From Myxococcota bacterium (GTDB lineage: Bacteria; Myxococcota; JACRCW01): a stretch of DNA of 64,000 nucleotides. The first letter of the stretch is position 1; every line of letters begins with the position of its first letter. Below the pieces are notes generated by a model that ran no database searches, was not told the DNA's origin, and worked only from the letters and a program-made list of their open reading frames with translations. The stretch lies in the NCBI GenBank assembly GCA_040752415.1, contig JBFMGU010000002.1:1-64000 (forward strand), in the 5' to 3' direction. The position numbers were made by a program, and so were the translations under genes. Below are positions 58,895 through 64,000 of the stretch, one piece after another.

Positions 58895-61234
58895 ATGTCA
58901 CCGGTGACAACGTGCGTGTTGGCGCTTGCGCTCCTGGGTTTTCCCGGCGCGCCGCGCCAGGCGGACCTGCTGCATCAACGGGTGGACCTCGTCGTGGATA
59001 TCGCCGCGCGTGAGCTGCGCGGGAGCACCACGCTGAGCCTGGCACCGCTGCGCGCGGACCTGGAGACACTGGTCCTGGATGGCGCGGGTCTGACGGTGGA
59101 GGGCGCGAGTGTCGACGGGGCGGACGCCGCCGCGCGGGTGCGTGGCGACACCGTGGTGATCACGCTCCCGCGCGCCCGCCCCACGGTGGGGAAGCCGTTC
59201 CAGGTGACGCTGCGCTACCGCACGCGACCGCAACGCGGGTTCCATTTCCAGTCGAATGGCGCCGTGCCCGCGTTCACGCAGAACCAACCGCACCTGACGC
59301 GGTTCTGGCTGCCCACCGTCGACACGCCGCAGGAGCGCGCCACCTACGAGCTGGCCATCACCGTCCCTGCCGCGCACGGTGTGCACGGGAGCGGTGCGCT
59401 GATCTCCGACGAGACCGTGGGCCACGGACAACGCCGCGTCACCCGGCGGCTGGACGTGGCGGTGCCGCCGTACCTGCTCAGCGTGGTGGTGGGTCAGCTC
59501 AAGGAGGTCCCGCTGACGACGGGGGAGGGCGGTCCGCACGCCGTGGCGCGGGTCCCGGCGGGTCGCGAGAAGGATGCCCAGCGGGCCTTCGCCGTGCTCC
59601 CGCGTGTGCTGCAGACGCTGCAACGGTGGACCGGCGTGGCCTACCCGTTCCCGACGCTGGAGCTCGTGGTTGTCGACGGATTCCCCTTCCAGGGCATGGA
59701 GAACGCCGCCGCCCCCACCGTGGACACCACCGTGCTCCCCGAGGCCTCGCTCGACGTGGAGGACGCTGACCGGAACCTGTGGGTCCACGAGCTCGCCCAC
59801 CAGTGGTTCGGCGTGCTCACCGTGGTGGGCCACGAGCGCGACTTGTGGATGCAGGAGGGACTGGCCGGCTACCTGGCACATCTCGTCGAGGAAGAGCTGC
59901 GGGATCCGCACGAGGCGCGCGCGGACCTGCTGGAGGAGAGCCTGAGCCCGCCGGCCGACGACCAGGCGGCGCGCGCCCTGGATGACCTCACCGACGACGA
60001 TCCCGAGGCCGCGTTTGATTCCGTCACCTACGGTCGGGGCGCACTGATGTTCCACGTGCTGCGCGCGCGCCTGGGAGATGCAGCGTTCTCCGCGGTGCTG
60101 CGCCTCCTGCTCACCGAGCAGGGCGGTGGCGTCATGGATCGCGACGACCTGTTGCGGGCCCTGCACGCCGTCACCGGGGTGGCGCATGAGTCGCTGCTGG
60201 ATTCATGGACCGCGGCGCCGGGCGAGCCGGGATTGCAGGTGGAGCTGCAGGAGGAGCCGTTGGGTCGCGGGATGATGTTGCGGCTGGAGCAGGCGGACCC
60301 GCCGCGCCCGGTGTTCACCACCGTCACGCTGGGGACCGCGCGCGGGGAGGTGCGGCTTCCCTTGTGGTCCACCTCCCGCGAGGCGTGGCTGGCGCTGCCC
60401 GGCGTCACCGGCCTGCAATGGATGGTGATCGACGACGAGCAATGGCTCCCCGCCCCGCCGCCCAGCCTGCCGAGCCAGCTGCTGGTGGGCGCGCTCCAAC
60501 ACGCCCGTGAGCCGCACACCCGCGCCGCCGCCGCGCGCGCGCTGAAGGGCCGTCACGACGGAGAAACGCGCCAGGCGCTCCTGCACGCGCTGAAGACGGA
60601 CCCAAACGCGCTGGTCCGGGAGGGGGCCGCGCTGGCCCTGGGCGAGGCGACCGGTCCCGACGTCACCGAGGCCCTCACCGCGGCGTTGAAGGACCCGAAC
60701 CATCGCGTGCAGCGCGCCGCCGCGACGGGACTGTGCGGCATGGGCGACGTGCAGACGGCCCGCGCGTTGGCGCGACTGGCGGGCGCTCCCGGGCGCATGG
60801 CACCGCGGGAGGCCGCCGCGTTCAGCCTGGGATGTCACGTGCGGGATGCGCCGGATCTCGTCGAGCGGGCGTTGAAGCTGAAGAGTGCGGGCGCGCGCGT
60901 GGAGGCGTCGGTGCTCTACGGCGTCAGCACGCGGGAGCCGGAGCATGCGCTCCTCGTCGACGCGCTGCAGAGGGGATCACCGCCGTTGGCACGCGCCGCC
61001 GCCGACACCATCGCCCCTTCCGCCACGCGGGCCACGGTCGTGTACGCGCTGGCCCGTCGGCTCGTCGACGCGGACCACGCGGTGCGCCAATCCGCCGCGG
61101 AAGCGTTGCAGCGTCTCCACGCCGTGGAAGCACTCCCCGCATTGCGCGCCGCCGAGCAGACCGAGTCCGTGGGCCCCACGCGCCACGCCATGCGCCGGGC
61201 CATCCGCGAGCTCACGCGTCCCACGCCGCGGTGA
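58895..61234 (+). CDS. M1 aminopeptidase with C-terminal HEAT repeats
   Basis: QGMEN, HELAHQWFG, W.QEGLA, Y.RGA; HEAT repeats DPNALVREGAALALG. Confidence 0.92.
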   Translation: MSPVTTCVLALALLGFPGAPRQADLLHQRVDLVVDIAARELRGSTTLSLAPLRADLETLVLDGAGLTVEGASVDGADAAARVRGDTVVITLPRARPTVGKPFQVTLRYRTRPQRGFHFQSNGAVPAFTQNQPHLTRFWLPTVDTPQERATYELAITVPAAHGVHGSGALISDETVGHGQRRVTRRLDVAVPPYLLSVVVGQLKEVPLTTGEGGPHAVARVPAGREKDAQRAFAVLPRVLQTLQRWTGVAYPFPTLELVVVDGFPFQGMENAAAPTVDTTVLPEASLDVEDADRNLWVHELAHQWFGVLTVVGHERDLWMQEGLAGYLAHLVEEELRDPHEARADLLEESLSPPADDQAARALDDLTDDDPEAAFDSVTYGRGALMFHVLRARLGDAAFSAVLRLLLTEQGGGVMDRDDLLRALHAVTGVAHESLLDSWTAAPGEPGLQVELQEEPLGRGMMLRLEQADPPRPVFTTVTLGTARGEVRLPLWSTSREAWLALPGVTGLQWMVIDDEQWLPAPPPSLPSQLLVGALQHAREPHTRAAAARALKGRHDGETRQALLHALKTDPNALVREGAALALGEATGPDVTEALTAALKDPNHRVQRAAATGLCGMGDVQTARALARLAGAPGRMAPREAAAFSLGCHVRDAPDLVERALKLKSAGARVEASVLYGVSTREPEHALLVDALQRGSPPLARAAADTIAPSATRATVVYALARRLVDADHAVRQSAAEALQRLHAVEALPALRAAEQTESVGPTRHAMRRAIRELTRPTPR

Positions 61235-61258
61235 GTCTGGTGGGTGTCGGTGAATTCG

Positions 61259-61348
61259 AAAAAGGAAGTCAGAAGTCAGAAGGGGGGCCGGTGACGACGA
61301 AGGGCAAGCACCTTCTGACTTCTGTATTCTGACTCCTGACTTCCTTCT
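61259..61348. repeat. Heptamer-based inverted-repeat element, copy 2
   Basis: aaggaagtcagaagtcagaagg ... ccttctgacttctgtattctgactcctgacttcctt, between convergent genes. Confidence 0.85.
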
Positions 61349-61368
61349 CGTGATTCCCCGACCCACCT

Positions 61369-61935
61369 TTACGTCGTCATGGCCTCGCTGGCCTTGCGGT
61401 GGACCAGCTCCGCGTCCAGCGTCCGGCCGTCGGTCTCCAGGTAGAGGTGTCCCTCGCTCACCGTCACGCTCCACGTGTTCCGACGGGACTCCTGCGCACC
61501 CAGCTCCGCCATCAGCTCTTCCGGGACGCGCCACAGCTCCACCTTGTCCAGCTTGCGCACGCCCGCCTTGCGCGCCAGCGTCAGGAACTCCTCCTCCCGA
61601 CGGGGAACGCAGGTCAGCACCACCACCCGCGCGCGGGGATGTGCGTTCACCATGCGCTGCGTCTTCTCCGGGTCGGCCGCGCCGCACTCCACCCACAACG
61701 TCACCTGGCCGGTGAGGTCCCTGCCCCACACGTCGGCGCCCTCGGCGTCGGCCAGCGCGGGACCGAACTCCACGCCCTCCGCCCAGAACAGGCATAGCGC
61801 CAGGACGCGCAGCTGCAGGTGCTCCAGCGTCTCGGAGGGATGGCGCGCCGCGGTCACGGTGACGTCGGTGTAGACGCCCTCATCCACGCGGTTGATGTTG
61901 AGCTTGTAGGTGTACGCCACGGAGGGGAGAGCCAC
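61369..61935 (-). CDS. yaeQ: YaeQ family protein
   Basis: ARHPSETLEHL..RVLA, DVWGRDLTG..LWVECG. Confidence 0.88.
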   Translation of the reverse strand: MALPSVAYTYKLNINRVDEGVYTDVTVTAARHPSETLEHLQLRVLALCLFWAEGVEFGPALADAEGADVWGRDLTGQVTLWVECGAADPEKTQRMVNAHPRARVVVLTCVPRREEEFLTLARKAGVRKLDKVELWRVPEELMAELGAQESRRNTWSVTVSEGHLYLETDGRTLDAELVHRKASEAMTT

Positions 61936-61963
61936 GTTCTTCCACCTGAGAGGACGCAGCGCT

Positions 61964-62974
61964 TCAGTTGCCCAGCACCGCGCTTGCGCCCAGGTAGCAA
62001 CCGTACGCCACCAGCGCGGTGACGGGGATGGTCAGCACCCAGGCCCACAGGATCCGGGTGGTCACGCCCCAACGCACCGCGCTGACGCGCTGGCTGCTCC
62101 CCACGCCCATGATGCAGCCGCTGATGACGTGGGTGGTGGAAACCGGCATGCCCAGGCTGGAGGCGCCCAGGATGGTGACCGCGGCGCTGGTCTCGGCGGC
62201 AAAGCCGTGGATGGGCTTGAGGTCGATGATCTTGGTGCCCATGGTCTTGATGATGCGGATGCCGCCCGCGGCCGTGCCCAGCGCCATGGCCAGCGCGCAG
62301 CTGATCACCACCCACAGCGGCACGGGGAACTTGCCCGCCTCCGCCTTCACCGTGCCGTAGGCCACCAGGCTCATGGTGATGATGCCCATGGTCTTCTGCG
62401 CGTCGTTGCTGCCGTGGCTGAGCGCCATGAAGCCCGCGCTCACCATCTGCAGCCGGCGGAACATGTGGTTCATCCGGGACGGCTTTCCCCGTCGACAAAT
62501 CCACAGGATGGTCACCATCACCAGGAACGCAATGGAGAAGCCCACCAGCGGGCTGATGATCAGGCTCTTGATGATCTTGACGAGCCCCTCGGTCTGTACC
62601 GAGGCCGTGCCCGCCTTGGCCAGCGCCGCCCCGACGAGACCGCCCACCAGCGCGTGGCTGGAGGAGCTGGGAATGCCGAAGTACCAGGTGAACAGGTTCC
62701 AGAAGATGGCGCCCAGCAGCGCGCTCAGCACCACCACCTGCGTCACCGCCTCCGGGACAATCAAGCCCTTGCCAATGGTGCTGGCCACCGCCGTGCCGGT
62801 GAGCGCGCCCGCGAAATTCAGCACCGCGGCCAGCAGCACCGCGGTCCGCATGGGCAGCACGCCGGTGGAGACCACGGTGGCCACGGCGTTGGCGGTGTCA
62901 TGGAAGCCGTTGATGTAATCAAACACCAACGCCACCACCACCACCACGCAGAGAGTGACAAAGAGGATGGTCAT
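61964..62974 (-). CDS. pit: Inorganic phosphate transporter (PiT family)
   Basis: NGFHDTANAVAT, PSSSSHAL, HGSNDAQK, PVSTTH. Confidence 0.93.
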   Translation of the reverse strand: MTILFVTLCVVVVVALVFDYINGFHDTANAVATVVSTGVLPMRTAVLLAAVLNFAGALTGTAVASTIGKGLIVPEAVTQVVVLSALLGAIFWNLFTWYFGIPSSSSHALVGGLVGAALAKAGTASVQTEGLVKIIKSLIISPLVGFSIAFLVMVTILWICRRGKPSRMNHMFRRLQMVSAGFMALSHGSNDAQKTMGIITMSLVAYGTVKAEAGKFPVPLWVVISCALAMALGTAAGGIRIIKTMGTKIIDLKPIHGFAAETSAAVTILGASSLGMPVSTTHVISGCIMGVGSSQRVSAVRWGVTTRILWAWVLTIPVTALVAYGCYLGASAVLGN

Positions 62975-62980
62975 GGCGCG

Positions 62981-63628
62981 TCACGCGTTCTTGATGACCA
63001 CGGTTTCCAGGGCGTTCGCCACGTCGTCGCAGACGTCCAGCGTGTGCTCCAGGCTCTCCAGGAACTCCTTGTGTTTCAGCAGGTGGATGGCGTCCTTCTC
63101 CGTGCGGAAGAGCTCGCCAATGCGCTGGCGGAAGACCTGGTCCCCGTCGTGCTCCAGCTGGTAGACCGCCTTGCACCTCTGCCGGATCTGGTCCAGCTGC
63201 TTGAGGCCGCGCAGGTTCCGCACCGCCGCCTGCAGGTGCTCGCACGCGCTGACAATGTGCTTGGCGATCTCCAGGCTGCCCGCCGGGACGTCATCCATGG
63301 CGTGCACCACCACCTGCTGGCCGGTGGCGTTCACCAGGTCCGTGATGTTCTCCAGCTGGGTGGCCAGCTCATAGATGTCCGAGCGGTCCAGCGGCGTCAC
63401 GAAGGTCCGGTTGAGCGCCTCGTACACCTCGTGGATGACCTTGTCCGCGGCGTGTTCCGCCTCGCGCATCTTGCTCACGAACCCTTCACGCTCGGCGTAG
63501 CTCTGCGCCGCGCAGCAGTCCCGCAGCAGCGTGGCCGACGTCAGCGCGCAGTCCGCGCCTTTCTCCAGCAGGTCGAAGAAGTGCTCCTCCCGGGGGAGCA
63601 GCCATTTCACAGCGCGGTCCAACCACAT
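62981..63628 (-). CDS. DUF47 phosphate-transport regulator (PhoU-like)
   Basis: LLPREEHFF, EHAAD, TFVTPLDRSDI, LEHDGD; immediately upstream of pit. Confidence 0.9.
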   Translation of the reverse strand: MWLDRAVKWLLPREEHFFDLLEKGADCALTSATLLRDCCAAQSYAEREGFVSKMREAEHAADKVIHEVYEALNRTFVTPLDRSDIYELATQLENITDLVNATGQQVVVHAMDDVPAGSLEIAKHIVSACEHLQAAVRNLRGLKQLDQIRQRCKAVYQLEHDGDQVFRQRIGELFRTEKDAIHLLKHKEFLESLEHTLDVCDDVANALETVVIKNA

Positions 63629-63780
63629 GTTGCACCTCGTGGGGAGACGCGCCTCTAGCAGGGCATGGCCCCGAGGGCGAGTGACAAACGGGTGACAGTC
63701 CAGACGTGCCGAATGTGCACTGGAGGGTAGCGGCGGGCCGGCCCGGTCTCAGGGGGCTGTCGGTTCGGAGAGTCCCCACA

Positions 63781-63888
63781 AGGGAGTCAGAAGTCAGAAG
63801 TCAGGAGTCAGAAGGTGGTCCGTAACGACGAAGGACGAGCACCTTCGGCTTCTGCATTCTGACTGCTGAACTCCTGACTTCCTTCCCT
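63781..63888. repeat. Heptamer-based inverted-repeat element, copy 3
   Basis: ggagtcagaagtcagaagtcaggagtcagaagg ... ccttcggcttctgcattctgactgctgaactcctgacttcc. Confidence 0.85.
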
Positions 63889-63907
63889 GGGATCTCCCGA
63901 CAGATCT

Positions 63908-64000
63908 TCAGTGCATCTCCCGTGCGCCCCGGCGACGGTTGGCCAGCCATGCGCGGATTCCCGCGGCATCACGCGTGTTGATGACGTCGTGGGCGGTAAG
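63908..64000 (-). CDS. C-terminal fragment, probably PolX/PHP DNA polymerase
   Basis: Hand translation LTAHDVINTRDAAGIRAWLANRRRGAREMH*; L...DVINT...W resembles PolX-PHP C-termini; only 30 aa visible. Confidence 0.5.
   Translation of the reverse strand, partial: LTAHDVINTRDAAGIRAWLANRRRGAREMH

Overview
High-GC bacterial DNA, most likely Myxococcota (MYXO-CTERM-type tail on the S8 protease, myxobacterial Cys-rich repeats, TonB-C/TonB-dependent receptor fusion). No rRNA, tRNA, CRISPR array or transposase was recognised. Bases 1749-24066 form a tightly coupled six-gene operon in which every product has a predicted signal peptide or lipobox. It encodes: two small lipoproteins with cohesin-like domains; a 2390-aa scaffold (cohesin-like, LamG, TolB-like propeller, Ig-like repeats); a trimeric-fibre-like protein ending in an apextrin C-terminal (ApeC)-like module; a 1739-aa protein with a dockerin-like Ca loop and a TcA-like coiled-coil/hydrophobic hairpin; and a ~2175-aa stalk with 26 Cys-rich repeats and two fibrinogen-like domains. 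A collagen/EF-loop repeat lipoprotein is transcribed divergently. This looks like an undescribed surface-assembled recognition/pore-forming machine, which is an inference from by-eye motif matches. The remaining 40 kb is mixed and rich in peptidases (S8, M16 pair, M2, S51, S41, M1, and a putative caspase-fold + HExxH protein). It also holds vapBC, a vanadium haloperoxidase homologue missing key catalytic residues, PiT/DUF47, and three copies of a heptamer-based inverted-repeat element. All family assignments are by motif recognition; no searches were run.
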